64,000 nucleotides of DNA from Eubacteriales bacterium (GCA_045638385.1 JAZUBI010000127.1:6074-70073), one strand, 5' to 3'. Counted from the stretch's first letter, positions 18,573-29,414 are shown. The notes: generated from the sequence alone by a model not told the origin. Translations and numbers: made by a program.

Positions 18573-19487
18573 ATGTGTTTTGTTGATTTTGGAGAAAAAA
18601 TTGAAGTTAGAAAAGACGAGCCGCTATACAAGCACTCGACCTTTCGCATAGGCGGGCTTGCAAAATACGCGCTATTTCCCGAAAATCAAAATGAACTTAT
18701 TTTTGCGCTGAATGCCTGCAAAAATAAAGATGAAAATTATTTTATAGCAGGTAACGGAAGCAACCTTCTCTTTGACGACAAGGGATTTAACGGCGCAATC
18801 ATCTTCACGACAAAAATGAACTCGTGCCAATATCTTCACAAGGACGGCTCAGTATACGTAAATGTTGCTTGCGGTAGATCTCTTACCGAGTTATCTGCCG
18901 AGGTTGGCAAAAAACATTCTCTTAGCGGTCTTGAATTCGCATACGGTATCCCCGGAACGGTTGGCGGTGCGGTTTATATGAATGCCGGCGCGTACGGCGG
19001 ACAGATATCCGACGTCGTTTTTTCTACGGATTACCTTGATATCACTTGCAAAGAGGTAAAAACCGTTTTTGCAAATGAGCATGATTTTTCTTACAGACAT
19101 TCTATGTTTCAGGATCATCCGGAATACATTATTCTTTCGACAACCTTGAAGCTTTGCGAGGGTAATGCGCAAGAAATTTTTTCTATGATGAATAAAAATA
19201 TGTCATCACGCAAGGAAAAACAGCCCCTTGAGCTACCAAACGCCGGAAGTACGTTCAAAAGACCCGGCGAAAACATTTTTGTAGGTAAGCTTATAGAAGA
19301 AGCAGGACTTAAGGGATTTAGCATAGGCGGCGCTCAAATATCCGAAAAGCATGCCGGATTTACGGTTAATGCAGGTGGCGCGACATCATCTGACGTGCTT
19401 GCTCTTATCGAACATACAAAAAAAACAATCAACGAAAAATACGGCGTAAGGCTTGAAAGTGAAATTATCTACGTGCCGTATGAGTGA
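18573..19487 (+). CDS. murB: UDP-N-acetylmuramate dehydrogenase
   Basis: FAD-binding PCMH domain (STFRIGG, GNGSNLL) and a C-terminal AGSTFKRP motif. The start was moved to ATG 18573 (AGGAGA upstream). Confidence 0.9.
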   Translation: MCFVDFGEKIEVRKDEPLYKHSTFRIGGLAKYALFPENQNELIFALNACKNKDENYFIAGNGSNLLFDDKGFNGAIIFTTKMNSCQYLHKDGSVYVNVACGRSLTELSAEVGKKHSLSGLEFAYGIPGTVGGAVYMNAGAYGGQISDVVFSTDYLDITCKEVKTVFANEHDFSYRHSMFQDHPEYIILSTTLKLCEGNAQEIFSMMNKNMSSRKEKQPLELPNAGSTFKRPGENIFVGKLIEEAGLKGFSIGGAQISEKHAGFTVNAGGATSSDVLALIEHTKKTINEKYGVRLESEIIYVPYE

Positions 19488-19506
19488 AGAAAAGGAACAT
19501 ATATAA

Positions 19507-20403
19507 ATGTCATTTTCAAAAGAGGTCAAAGCAGAGCTTGACTCAATACAGATAAAAAGTAATTGCTGTAAAAAGGCTTATATTTTTGGAGCTTTAATGG
19601 CTTCGTCTGTGTCCGAAAATCATATCTCACTAAAGCTTTCCGATGAAAACTGCGCCAATAGGTTTTCATCATTACTTAAAACCATATACAAGTGTGAATG
19701 CAATGTAAAAAAGGTCAAACGCGGTTGTTATGAAGCCTATGAGCTCGATTTTGATTCAAAAAAGCTTGCTGAGTTTCTGAATTTTGCTGACAGCTTTAAT
19801 CGCGAGCAAGAACATAACACCTTTTTCTCATGCAATAATTGCAGAGAGGTGTTTTTGCGCGCATTATTTTGTGCCACGGGTAGTGTTAGTGATCCACAAA
19901 AGACTTATTCTCTTGAAATCCGCATTCCGAATGAAAAGAGAGCTGAATTTATATCAAATATTATCGAAGAACGTGGTATAAATGTGCCTTCATCTACAAA
20001 ACGTAGCGGCGTTGTCGGTTTGTTTTACAGAAACGAGTCTTCTATTGAAGACTTCATAAATGCTTGCGGTGGCAACAACATTTTATTTTCGTTTTTATCT
20101 GCATCGGTCGAGAAAAATCTCAGAAATGATGAAAATCGAGCAACAAATTGCGTTGCGAAAAATATTTCAAAATCGGTAGAGGCTACTGCGCTCCAGGTTG
20201 CTGCGATTGATTCTTTAAAGGCGACAAGCTTTTTTGACGATCTTCCGAGGGAAATAAAACAAAGTGCCTTGCTTCGTCTCGATAACCCCGACATAAGTTT
20301 AAGCGAGCTCGCCGCTCTTCACGAGCCGCCGATTTCAAAATCCGGACTCAATCACCGTTTGGCGAAAATTATTGAGGAAGCAAGAAAAAGAAATCTTATT
20401 TAA
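19507..20403 (+). CDS. whiA: DNA-binding protein WhiA
   Basis: 298-aa ORF with a WhiA-like degenerate LAGLIDADG core and a C-terminal HTH (LSELAALHEPPISKSGLNHRLAKI). Confidence 0.9.
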   Translation: MSFSKEVKAELDSIQIKSNCCKKAYIFGALMASSVSENHISLKLSDENCANRFSSLLKTIYKCECNVKKVKRGCYEAYELDFDSKKLAEFLNFADSFNREQEHNTFFSCNNCREVFLRALFCATGSVSDPQKTYSLEIRIPNEKRAEFISNIIEERGINVPSSTKRSGVVGLFYRNESSIEDFINACGGNNILFSFLSASVEKNLRNDENRATNCVAKNISKSVEATALQVAAIDSLKATSFFDDLPREIKQSALLRLDNPDISLSELAALHEPPISKSGLNHRLAKIIEEARKRNLI

Positions 20404-20429
20404 ATTATTTAAAAAGGAGGAAGTGCCGC

Positions 20430-23400
20430 ATGGGAGAATTCGTGCATCTTCATTTACACACCGAATACAGCCTACTTGACGGCGCTTGCCGCATAAAGGA
20501 TATTCCCGAAAGACTTAATGAATGTGATCAGGACGCTGTTGCGATCACCGACCATGGAAATATGTACGGCGCAGTTGAGTTTTACAGAACCTGCAAAGCA
20601 AAGGGCATAAAACCCATAATCGGTTGCGAGGTTTATGTGTCTACAGGATCAAGATTTGATAAAAAAAGCGGTGTGGATTCCTATTACCACCTCGTTTTGT
20701 TGTGCAAAAACAATGTTGGATATAAAAACTTGATGAAGCTCGTTTCATACGGCTTTACAGAGGGATTTTATTCTAAACCGAGGGTTGATACCGATCTCTT
20801 AAGGCAATATTCGGAGGGGCTTATTGCTCTGTCTGCTTGTCTTTCGGGTAAAATACCGCGCCTTTTATCTGCCGGAGATTATTCAAACGCTAAGAGGACC
20901 GCTATAGAATATTCGGATATATTCGGAGAGGGAAACTTCTATATTGAGCTTCAGGATCACGGTACCGAGGATACTCGCGCAATTCTGCCTGCACTCGTTC
21001 AAATTGCAAAAGAATGCGAGCTTCCTATGGTTGCAACCAACGACTGCCACTATTTGAGAAAGCGCGATTCCGAGACTCAGGAAGTTTTGATGTGTATCCA
21101 GACGAACACCACACTGGACAGCCCTAACAAGCCGAGCTTTGATACAGACGATTATTACATCAAAACGACTGAGGAAATGAAGAGCATATACTCTCAATAT
21201 GAGGGGGCGATAGAGAACACGGTTAAAATTGCCGAGATGTGTGATCTTGAGCTTGAGTTTGATAAGGTTCTTCTTCCCAAATTCCCGTGTCCGGGTGGAA
21301 AAAGTGCCGAGGAATATCTTAAAGAGCTTACTCTTGCAGGGCTTGATCGCAGAATTGCAAGTGGTCAGATCAAATTCGGGGAATCAGAATCCAATAATAA
21401 AACCGCTTACCGAAGCAGAATAGAATATGAGCTTGGCGTGATCAACACAATGGGCTACGCGGACTATTTTTTGATTGTTCAGGATTATGTTATGTTTGCA
21501 AAAAAAGCAAACATTCCCGTAGGCCCCGGTCGTGGATCGGGTGCCGGAAGCCTTGTTGCATATTTACTTGGAATTACCGAGATCGATTCAATTAGATTTG
21601 ATCTCCTTTTTGAGCGTTTCCTAAATCCCGAACGTGTCAGCATGCCTGATATTGATATGGATTTCTGCTATAACAGACGCGATGAGGTTATAAATTACGT
21701 TGTTGAGAAATATGGTAGAGAGCACGTTTCGCAAATCATTACGTTCGGTACTCTTGCTGCAAAGGCCGCTGTACGCGATTGCGGACGAGCTATGGGCATG
21801 CCATATGCCGATGTCGATGCGGTTGCTAAAGCGATTCCGAATGAGCTTGGAATAACTCTTAAAAACGCATTGAGATTCAAGGAGCTTAAAACTCTGTATG
21901 AAGAGTCGGAGCAGGTAAGAAGACTTATCGATACCGCGATCTCGCTTGAAGGCATGCCGAGAAATATCTCTGTTCACGCCGCAGGTGTTGTTATTACCGA
22001 TAAGCCGATCAGCGAATACGTTCCGCTATCTGTGAGCAATAATACTGTGGTTACCCAGTTTGATATGGATACCATTGCTAACCTCGGACTTCTTAAATTT
22101 GATTTCCTTGCGCTGAGATATCTCACTATAATAAATGACGCTCAAAACGAAATAAAGGAGCGCCATCCCGATTTTGACATAGAAAAAATACCGCTTGACG
22201 ACAAGTTGACCTTTGAGTTGATTTCAAGGGGTGATTCGGCGGGAATTTTCCAGCTTGAATCGGACGGAATACGCCAGGTATTGCAAAATCTCAAGCCTGA
22301 AAGCTTGGACGACGTTATTTCTGTTATTTCGCTTTACCGTCCGGGTCCTATGGATTCTATACCGAGATTTGTGGAGTGCAGACACGATCCATCCAAAATA
22401 TCATACGATATTCCCGAGCTTGAGCCCATACTCAAAAACACCTATGGATGTACGGTATATCAAGAGCAGGTTATGAGCATATTCCGCACGATCGCAGGAT
22501 ACACCTTTGGACACGCGGACATTGTACGACGTGCTATGTCAAAGAAAAAGGCTGACGTGCTTGAATCTGAGCGAGAAGCCTTTATAAAGGGCGCAGAAGC
22601 AAACGGAATAGATGCCGCAAAAGCAGAAAAGCTCTTTGATGATATGGCGAGCTTTGCAAACTACGCCTTTAATAAGGCGCATGCGGCTGCTTACGCTGTA
22701 ATTTCATACCGTTCTGCTTATCTTAAGGCTCACTATACCGGTGAGTATATGTCCGCCTTGCTCACAAGCGTACTTGGAAACCAAGGTAAGGTTGCGGAAT
22801 ATACTTACGAATGTGCTAAATTCGGAATCTCAGTTTTGCCGCCCGACATCAATTCGAGTAAGGTTAATTTCACAACCGACAGCCGAGACGGAAATATACG
22901 TTACGGACTTCTTGCTCTCAAAAACGTTGGAAAGCAATTCATCGAAGCCATAATAAACGAGCGCTCGTTTGGCGGACCGTTCGTCTCGTTTGACAATTTT
23001 GTTGAACGAATGAGCTCTTTGACCGATCTTAACAAGAGACAAATAGAGGCGCTTATAAAATGCGGTGCATTTGACGGTCTCGGTAAGTATCGCTCACAGT
23101 TGCTTTCCGCCTATGAGACGATTGTTGACAATGTTACTCAAAAAACAAGAAACAATCCTGCAGGACAGCTTGATATGTTCTTCTCGGGTGATATAGAGGC
23201 TCCCGAATTTGATTACCCCAACATTCCTGATCTTAGTGTGCGCGAAAAGCTTATGCTTGAAAAAGAAGCCTCCGGAATGTATTTTTCGGGTCATCTCCTT
23301 GACAGCTTCAGCAAACACGCAGAGTTCTTATCGTTTACAAAAATTTCCGAGATAAACGAAAAGAATACTGACGGCGAATACGTTTATTCGGACAGAGACA

Positions 23401-24077
23401 AGGTGTGCGCGATAGGAATAATCAGCTCCGTATCCGTTAAGACCACGCGAAAAAATGAGCAGTTCGCCTTTTTCAAAATTGAAGACCAATACGGCGACAT
23501 AGAATGTATTGCTTTTTCAAAGGCATATAAGGAATTTTCACACGAGATATTTATAGACGGTGCGGTACACATTGAAGGATCGGTATCCATAAAGGATGAT
23601 GAATCTCCGAGACTTATTGTCAACAAGCTCACTCCGCTCATTGACAACGAGATATACCGCGAGCCTCAAAATAATACTGTCGAAGCTAATTCCTACACAT
23701 CAACATTACCCGAAGATGCGCCGATGAATCCGCTTTCAATGTATCTTTCCATGTATGCCTCTGCAGGTCTTTCTTCATCTGCTCCTGCAGCAAGCACAGC
23801 GCAAATCATCTCCAATACCAAAACGACAAAAGAAATCGCACCCAAGCTCCAAGCTTCGATAACAAAGGTATATCTTAGGGTAAGTGATTTTGATTCTGAG
23901 GAATTTAGAAAGGCAAAGAACCTTGTTGATATTTTCAATGAGGGCAGCACAAGAGTTATTTTCTACGATATGTCAACAAAAAAGTATTCGGAATACAATG
24001 AACGAATCTATTATTCTGAATACGTTATCGACCAACTAAAGGGAATATTGGGGGATGAAGATGTTGTTGCAAAATAA
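20430..24077 (+). CDS. dnaE: DNA polymerase III subunit alpha
   Basis: PHP domain (FVHLHLHTEYSLLDG), polymerase core (MPDIDMDF), HhH and OB-fold regions; 1215 aa. Confidence 0.95.
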   Translation: MGEFVHLHLHTEYSLLDGACRIKDIPERLNECDQDAVAITDHGNMYGAVEFYRTCKAKGIKPIIGCEVYVSTGSRFDKKSGVDSYYHLVLLCKNNVGYKNLMKLVSYGFTEGFYSKPRVDTDLLRQYSEGLIALSACLSGKIPRLLSAGDYSNAKRTAIEYSDIFGEGNFYIELQDHGTEDTRAILPALVQIAKECELPMVATNDCHYLRKRDSETQEVLMCIQTNTTLDSPNKPSFDTDDYYIKTTEEMKSIYSQYEGAIENTVKIAEMCDLELEFDKVLLPKFPCPGGKSAEEYLKELTLAGLDRRIASGQIKFGESESNNKTAYRSRIEYELGVINTMGYADYFLIVQDYVMFAKKANIPVGPGRGSGAGSLVAYLLGITEIDSIRFDLLFERFLNPERVSMPDIDMDFCYNRRDEVINYVVEKYGREHVSQIITFGTLAAKAAVRDCGRAMGMPYADVDAVAKAIPNELGITLKNALRFKELKTLYEESEQVRRLIDTAISLEGMPRNISVHAAGVVITDKPISEYVPLSVSNNTVVTQFDMDTIANLGLLKFDFLALRYLTIINDAQNEIKERHPDFDIEKIPLDDKLTFELISRGDSAGIFQLESDGIRQVLQNLKPESLDDVISVISLYRPGPMDSIPRFVECRHDPSKISYDIPELEPILKNTYGCTVYQEQVMSIFRTIAGYTFGHADIVRRAMSKKKADVLESEREAFIKGAEANGIDAAKAEKLFDDMASFANYAFNKAHAAAYAVISYRSAYLKAHYTGEYMSALLTSVLGNQGKVAEYTYECAKFGISVLPPDINSSKVNFTTDSRDGNIRYGLLALKNVGKQFIEAIINERSFGGPFVSFDNFVERMSSLTDLNKRQIEALIKCGAFDGLGKYRSQLLSAYETIVDNVTQKTRNNPAGQLDMFFSGDIEAPEFDYPNIPDLSVREKLMLEKEASGMYFSGHLLDSFSKHAEFLSFTKISEINEKNTDGEYVYSDRDKVCAIGIISSVSVKTTRKNEQFAFFKIEDQYGDIECIAFSKAYKEFSHEIFIDGAVHIEGSVSIKDDESPRLIVNKLTPLIDNEIYREPQNNTVEANSYTSTLPEDAPMNPLSMYLSMYASAGLSSSAPAASTAQIISNTKTTKEIAPKLQASITKVYLRVSDFDSEEFRKAKNLVDIFNEGSTRVIFYDMSTKKYSEYNERIYYSEYVIDQLKGILGDEDVVAK

Positions 24078-24579
24078 AAAAACACCCAAAATCTCGCTTG
24101 GTACGATACGCGAATGCGACTTTGATTCGCTTATTGCGATATTAAAGAGCGATGAGGTAGGGAAGACTTATATGGTTCCCGATCTTGAAACAAAAGAGCA
24201 AGAGCTTGCACTTTTTTCAAGGCTTCTTCATCTATCAAAAAGCGGAGAAAAGTTTTTCAAGGGCATATTTTCAAACGACCGTTTGATTGGCATAATAAAC
24301 CAGACGGATCTGTATGACAAAAGCATAGAGCTTGGATATGCCCTCTCTCCCGAATTTTTTGGAAAAGGTTATATGACCGCCGCGCTTAAGGATGCAATTT
24401 CCTTTTTATTTGAAAACGGATTTGAGGAAATCACAGCAGGCGCATTTGAGTACAATATCGCAAGCATAAGAGTTATGCAAAAATGCAATATGATGCCAAT
24501 CGAAAAAACTGAGGATATTGAATACAGAGGTCGCATACACAAATGCGTTTTCTACTCAATAACAAAAAGCACCGAGTAA
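24055..24579 (+). CDS. GNAT family N-acetyltransferase
   Basis: 174-aa ORF with a RimJ/RimL-like GNAT pattern (GKGYMTAALKDAISFLF). It overlaps the dnaE 3' end by 23 nt. Confidence 0.7.
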   Translation: MKMLLQNKKTPKISLGTIRECDFDSLIAILKSDEVGKTYMVPDLETKEQELALFSRLLHLSKSGEKFFKGIFSNDRLIGIINQTDLYDKSIELGYALSPEFFGKGYMTAALKDAISFLFENGFEEITAGAFEYNIASIRVMQKCNMMPIEKTEDIEYRGRIHKCVFYSITKSTE

Positions 24580-24593
24580 CACTCGGTGCTTTT
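24565..24593. terminator. bidirectional intrinsic terminator
   Basis: AAAAGCACCGAGT-AAC-ACTCGGTGCTTTT between convergent genes. The GNAT stop codon lies in the loop. Confidence 0.75.
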
Positions 24594-24598
24594 ACTGT

Positions 24599-26314
24599 TT
24601 AAAGATTTAATGATGCCTTGTATGCCTCGATTCTCGCGTCCGCCTCTGTACTGCAGGGTGCGATAACAAGGAAATAGAATTTTACCTTAGGCTCGGTACC
24701 CGAGGGGCGAACGATAACGACATCGCCATTCTCAAGCTTAAAGCAAAGCATATTTGATTTCGGCAAGCCGGTAGGAGATTTCTCGCCAGTGGCAACATCT
24801 ACGAATACACCTTCAAGATAATCGCCAAAGACACTGACCTTAGCTCCGCCGAGATCTGCGGGGATATTATTTCTCATACCGTCAAGCAAAGCGGACATTC
24901 TTGCAGGTCCGTCAACACCCTCCATATAGATCTCTACGTTTGCTTCGCGGCAGAATCCGTACTTTTCAAAGAGACTGTCAAGCGCATCACAAAGTGTCAT
25001 GCTCTTTGCGTAATAATAAGCGGTCATTTCACATATCAGCATTGAAGCGACAACTGCGTCCTTATCTCTTGCATACGTACCCTTTAGGTAACCATAGCTC
25101 TCCTCAAAACCGAAGAGGAACGAGCCCTCGCCGCTCTTTTCGTGATTCTTTATAACCTCGCCGATATACTTAAATCCTGTAAGGACATTGAACATCGTAA
25201 CATTGTGAGAGCTGCATATCTTGGTTGCAAGCTCTGTTGATACAATGGATTTTACTGCGTAGGGCATGGGGGGCATTGTATTGGTTTCTTCATACGCAGT
25301 AATGATATAATCAAGGAGAAGCGCTCCCATCTGATTACCCGTAATTGTACGGAAGCTTCCGTCCTTTGTTCTTGCCATTACACCAACACGGTCTGCATCG
25401 GGGTCTGTTGCAACAATAAGATTGCTTCCAACCTCGTTTGCAATTTTAATACCGATATTGAAAACCTCCGCGTATTCCGGATTGGGCTTTTCAACGGTGG
25501 GGAAGTTACCGTCAATTTTAAACTGCTCCTCAACCTTGTACAAATGCTTAAGACCAATGCGCTCAAGAATGGCGGGAACCAGCTTATGACCCGTACCGTG
25601 AAGGGGCGTATAGACGATCTTGAGATCGTCCGCAACATCTTTCACAGCGCTCGGATTGACGATCTGCTCCTGCACCTTGGTAAGATATTTTTCGTCCATT
25701 TCGGCGCCGATAACCTTTATCTTTCCTTCAGAGACTGCTTTATCAAAATCAACTCTCTTTACGCCGTTAAATATATCGGTATTGCATATCTCCTGATAAA
25801 CGGTATTAGCATGCTCGGGAGGGAGCTGTGCGCCGTCATCCCAATATGCCTTATATCCGTTATATTGCTTCGGGTTGTGAGATGCGGTAATATTTATTCC
25901 CGCAACGCATCCAAGCTCTCTGATAGCAAATGAAAGCTCAGGTGTGGGACGAAGCGAATCAAAAATAGAGACGGGAATCTCTGCGGCCGCCAACACCTCG
26001 GCTGATACCTTTGCAAACAGCTCCGAGTTATTTCTTGAGTCGTATGCTATAACTACTCCGTCAGAGGCTCTTCCTTCCTTATGGATAAGGTTTGCAAGTC
26101 CCTGCGTTGCCTGCGCTACGGTGTGAACGTTCATCGCGTTCAAGCCTACCTTCATAGTGCCGCGAAGTCCCGCAGTTCCAAACGTAAGTCCGGAGGAAAA
26201 ACGGAGCTTAATCTCGTCGTTGTCATCTGCAATACCTTGAAGCTCTTTTTTCTCCGCCTCGGAAAGTGCGGGGGAAGCGAGCCAAAGCTTATAGTTTTCA
26301 AGATAATTGTTCAT
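24599..26314 (-). CDS. phospho-sugar mutase (alpha-D-phosphohexomutase family)
   Basis: Phosphoserine loop (TASHNPKQYNGYK) and metal-binding loop (ATDPDADR); 571 aa. Confidence 0.9.
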   Translation of the reverse strand: MNNYLENYKLWLASPALSEAEKKELQGIADDNDEIKLRFSSGLTFGTAGLRGTMKVGLNAMNVHTVAQATQGLANLIHKEGRASDGVVIAYDSRNNSELFAKVSAEVLAAAEIPVSIFDSLRPTPELSFAIRELGCVAGINITASHNPKQYNGYKAYWDDGAQLPPEHANTVYQEICNTDIFNGVKRVDFDKAVSEGKIKVIGAEMDEKYLTKVQEQIVNPSAVKDVADDLKIVYTPLHGTGHKLVPAILERIGLKHLYKVEEQFKIDGNFPTVEKPNPEYAEVFNIGIKIANEVGSNLIVATDPDADRVGVMARTKDGSFRTITGNQMGALLLDYIITAYEETNTMPPMPYAVKSIVSTELATKICSSHNVTMFNVLTGFKYIGEVIKNHEKSGEGSFLFGFEESYGYLKGTYARDKDAVVASMLICEMTAYYYAKSMTLCDALDSLFEKYGFCREANVEIYMEGVDGPARMSALLDGMRNNIPADLGGAKVSVFGDYLEGVFVDVATGEKSPTGLPKSNMLCFKLENGDVVIVRPSGTEPKVKFYFLVIAPCSTEADARIEAYKASLNL

Positions 26315-26351
26315 AAATAGTCCTTTCAGAGTAAATGGGTTATGCTAAGGC

Positions 26352-26606
26352 TTATTTGTTTTCGAGGTGCTCCTCAAGTGCACGCGCAAGCTGATCGGGG
26401 CATGATGTAGGTCTGGGTCCGCAATGGATTCCGCGGAGACGCTTTACAGCCTCCTCTACGGTCATTCCAACTACAAGAGCCGCCACACCCTGAGTATTTC
26501 CCGAGCAACCTCCTGTAAACTTAGCAGATACGATTACACCGTTTTCAACATCGATGTCTATCTGTCTTGAGCAGGTACCCTGTGTTTGATAAGTAATGTG
26601 TTCCAT
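26352..26606 (-). CDS. TIGR03905 family TSCPD domain protein
   Basis: Contains TGGCSGNTQG and TSCPDQLA motifs. The start was moved to ATG 26606 (MEHITYQTQG...), giving 84 aa. Confidence 0.8.
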   Translation of the reverse strand: MEHITYQTQGTCSRQIDIDVENGVIVSAKFTGGCSGNTQGVAALVVGMTVEEAVKRLRGIHCGPRPTSCPDQLARALEEHLENK

Positions 26607-26638
26607 AATTTTTTCCTTTCTGTTTATATGTCTTGATT

Positions 26639-27577
26639 TTAAATTCTTCTGTATCGCCCGATGAGCTCTGCATCGGGGCAATCTATGCTCAAATATGCTG
26701 CAAAAGCTTCAACATTCGCTTCAGCTGCCGAAAAAACAGCGCAAAAACGCTTGTTATTATCATTTCTGTTTAATGTCAAGGATTCTATACTGTCGAGCTT
26801 AAATCCAAAATATTCGGCTGCATGGAGGATCTCGCTAAAGGATATGTTTTCATCCGAGTAGGCTACCTCAATATAGCTCTCACCCTTTAGTCTGTTTACC
26901 GAGGATAAGTGAGTACTCAGCAGAGCATATCGGGTATATCCCTCGCCGTCTCCATTCTTCAGATCATATTCTGCGCATATTTTAAGACCGTAATTGATTA
27001 TGACCTCATAAAATGAGATAAGTCTTCCGTCTCTCGACGTTTCGATCGGCAAAATACAATATTGACATTTACCGTTGAGGACGTTCTCGCAAATCTCGAC
27101 CGTATTATCAAGATAATGCGCTTTTGGGCTATCCAAAAGCTCGGACAGACGAACAAAGGCTATGTCGTTATACGAATTTTTCACATAAGCGATCCTATTA
27201 TGAGCCGCCTCGGAAATCTCAAATGTTTGATGATTTGAGAGCGAGGTGGGCAGAGTGATGTTGGGGAGAAGCATTTTAAAGAGCGTAAATCGCTCCGTCA
27301 AGGACAATCTCAAAAAATACTCTTGCATCTCGTCCTTGTTTTGCGGAGAAATGCTATCGGAATCGGCTTCACCGTCTGATCTGATTGAAAGAATGATACT
27401 TTTTACAAGATCTCCGTCCCCGCCGTCTTTGGCTATTGCTCCCGCGAGCTCGTCAAGATGTGCTATTCTTTTTTCAAGCAGGCGTTCGAGCTCAATTTCA
27501 AGCTGTGAAAGGTTTGCAAGAGCAATCTCGGTTTCTGTACCTTCAAGCTCGGGAATGTTTGAGTAGATCAGACTCAT
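26639..27577 (-). CDS. hypothetical protein with truncated prephenate dehydratase-like lobe and ACT-like C-terminus
   Basis: aa ~135-215 resemble the first lobe of PheA/PDT (RIAYVKNSY ... YCILPIETSRDGRL ... LKICAEYDL), followed directly by a TRY (TRF-like) motif. An ACT-like end has IESLT in place of ESRP. The N-terminal ~130 aa are coiled-coil/acidic. Confidence 0.45.
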   Translation of the reverse strand: MSLIYSNIPELEGTETEIALANLSQLEIELERLLEKRIAHLDELAGAIAKDGGDGDLVKSIILSIRSDGEADSDSISPQNKDEMQEYFLRLSLTERFTLFKMLLPNITLPTSLSNHQTFEISEAAHNRIAYVKNSYNDIAFVRLSELLDSPKAHYLDNTVEICENVLNGKCQYCILPIETSRDGRLISFYEVIINYGLKICAEYDLKNGDGEGYTRYALLSTHLSSVNRLKGESYIEVAYSDENISFSEILHAAEYFGFKLDSIESLTLNRNDNNKRFCAVFSAAEANVEAFAAYLSIDCPDAELIGRYRRI

Positions 27578-27578
27578 A

Positions 27579-29414
27579 TTACATTCTCTCCAAAAGCTTA
27601 AAGCTGTCGGTCAAAAATTCCTTGAGCTCGTCTGCGGAAAGATGTCTTTGTGAGATCAATGCGAGCTTATAGATTTCCGAAGCCATGAGAGATGCCTTTT
27701 CTTCGTCTTCCTTTGCGATGTTTGACAGCTTATTTATAAGAGGAGATACGGAATTCAAAATGAGTGTATATTCAACGGGGAACTCGCCACCAATATTCAT
27801 TCCCATGCTTGAATACATCTTCATCATATCCTCCATACGTCTTGACTCCTCTGAAACTGTGAGGATAGCAGGGACGTCAGAGTCCTTCAATGCTTCAAAG
27901 CGAACAATGATATCTTCCTTTTTTGAAGCTTTTTTGAATACTTCAAATAGAGACTCATCACCCTCGACATTTTCGTCAGATTTAAGGATGTTTGTAAGCT
28001 CTGAGTCTATTCTCTTATATTTCACATCGGAATTGATGCTCTCACACATTGAGATGAATTGTGTATCAAGCTGGTGTGAGAGAAGCGCAACCTTGATTCC
28101 TTGGGACTCAAACATTGAAATGTATTGCGCCTGCATTGCCTTGTCCGTGGCATAATAAACTGTATTCTCGTGCTTTTCCTTGCACTCCTCGAGATACTCT
28201 GCCAAGGTTACATATTTACCGTCAACAAGCTCCAAAAGATATGACGAGCCCACTCTGTCGTAAAATTTACGGTCACGCAGGGAAGCATACTCAAAGAAAA
28301 TCTTGAGCTCATTCCATATTTTTTCATAATTCTCTCTGTCATTGTTGGACATTGAGTTTATCTTGTCAGCAACCTTTTTTACGATATGAGCAGAGACCCT
28401 CTTTACATACGCATTATCCTGAAGATAGCTTCTTGAAACATTCAAGGGAAGCTCGGGGCAATCAAGAACTCCGCGAAGCATGAGAAGAAAGTCGGGAATG
28501 ATCTCCTTGATATCGTCAGCAACGAACACCTGATTATAAAAGAGCTTTACCTGTCCCTCGTATGATTCATAATCGTTAAGACGCGCCGGGAAATAGAGAA
28601 CTCCCTTAAAATTCAAAGGATAGTCGGCATTGATGTGGATATGGAAAAGCGGATCCTTGAAATCATTAAAGACCTTCTTATAGAAATCCTTATATTCCTC
28701 ATCGGAGCAATCAGAAGCGTTTTTGAGCCATATAGGATCTGTCTCGTTTATCGGCTTCGCTTCAGTGTCATCACTGTTTTCTTCATCCTCTGAATTAAAG
28801 TATATATCCACCGACATAAATGCACAATACTTTTCAAGGATGCTTTGAAGCTTATATTTATCGAGATACTCGGCTTCCTCATCGGTTATGTGCATAATAA
28901 CATCTGTTCCGTGCGTGTCGCGCTCGTCATCACCTATCTCGTACTCGCCCAAGCCGTTACAAGTCCATCTTAAAGCGGTGTTTGAAAGATAAGAACGTGT
29001 AACAAGCTCAACCTTGTCGGATACCATAAACGATGAATAGAAGCCCAATCCGAAATGTCCGATTATTCCGTTATTCTGATTGTTCTCATCATATTTCTGG
29101 ATAAAATCGAGCGCGCCAGAAAGTGCAATAGAGCAAATATATTTTTCGAGCTCTTCTTCGGTCATTCCTATTCCGTTATCTGATACAGTTATTGTTTTTG
29201 CATCCTTATCAAGTGTTACTCTGACGGCATAAGCATCATTCGTCTCGTCATACTGACCGAGTGACGAGAGTCTTTTGAGCTTGGTTATAGCATCTGTTGC
29301 GTTTGAAACTATTTCACGCAAGAATATATCTTTATCTGAATAAAGCCATTTTTTTATTATTGGGAAAATATGAGCGGTCTCTACTGAAATGCCGCCTTTT
29401 TTTACGTTTGACAT
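27579..29414 (-). CDS. htpG: molecular chaperone HtpG (Hsp90)
   Basis: GHKL ATPase motifs (EIVSNATDA, DNGIGM, GHFGLGFYS). The start was moved to ATG 29414 (GGAGG upstream), because the longer track ORF would begin upstream of the predicted promoter. Confidence 0.92.
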   Translation of the reverse strand: MSNVKKGGISVETAHIFPIIKKWLYSDKDIFLREIVSNATDAITKLKRLSSLGQYDETNDAYAVRVTLDKDAKTITVSDNGIGMTEEELEKYICSIALSGALDFIQKYDENNQNNGIIGHFGLGFYSSFMVSDKVELVTRSYLSNTALRWTCNGLGEYEIGDDERDTHGTDVIMHITDEEAEYLDKYKLQSILEKYCAFMSVDIYFNSEDEENSDDTEAKPINETDPIWLKNASDCSDEEYKDFYKKVFNDFKDPLFHIHINADYPLNFKGVLYFPARLNDYESYEGQVKLFYNQVFVADDIKEIIPDFLLMLRGVLDCPELPLNVSRSYLQDNAYVKRVSAHIVKKVADKINSMSNNDRENYEKIWNELKIFFEYASLRDRKFYDRVGSSYLLELVDGKYVTLAEYLEECKEKHENTVYYATDKAMQAQYISMFESQGIKVALLSHQLDTQFISMCESINSDVKYKRIDSELTNILKSDENVEGDESLFEVFKKASKKEDIIVRFEALKDSDVPAILTVSEESRRMEDMMKMYSSMGMNIGGEFPVEYTLILNSVSPLINKLSNIAKEDEEKASLMASEIYKLALISQRHLSADELKEFLTDSFKLLERM

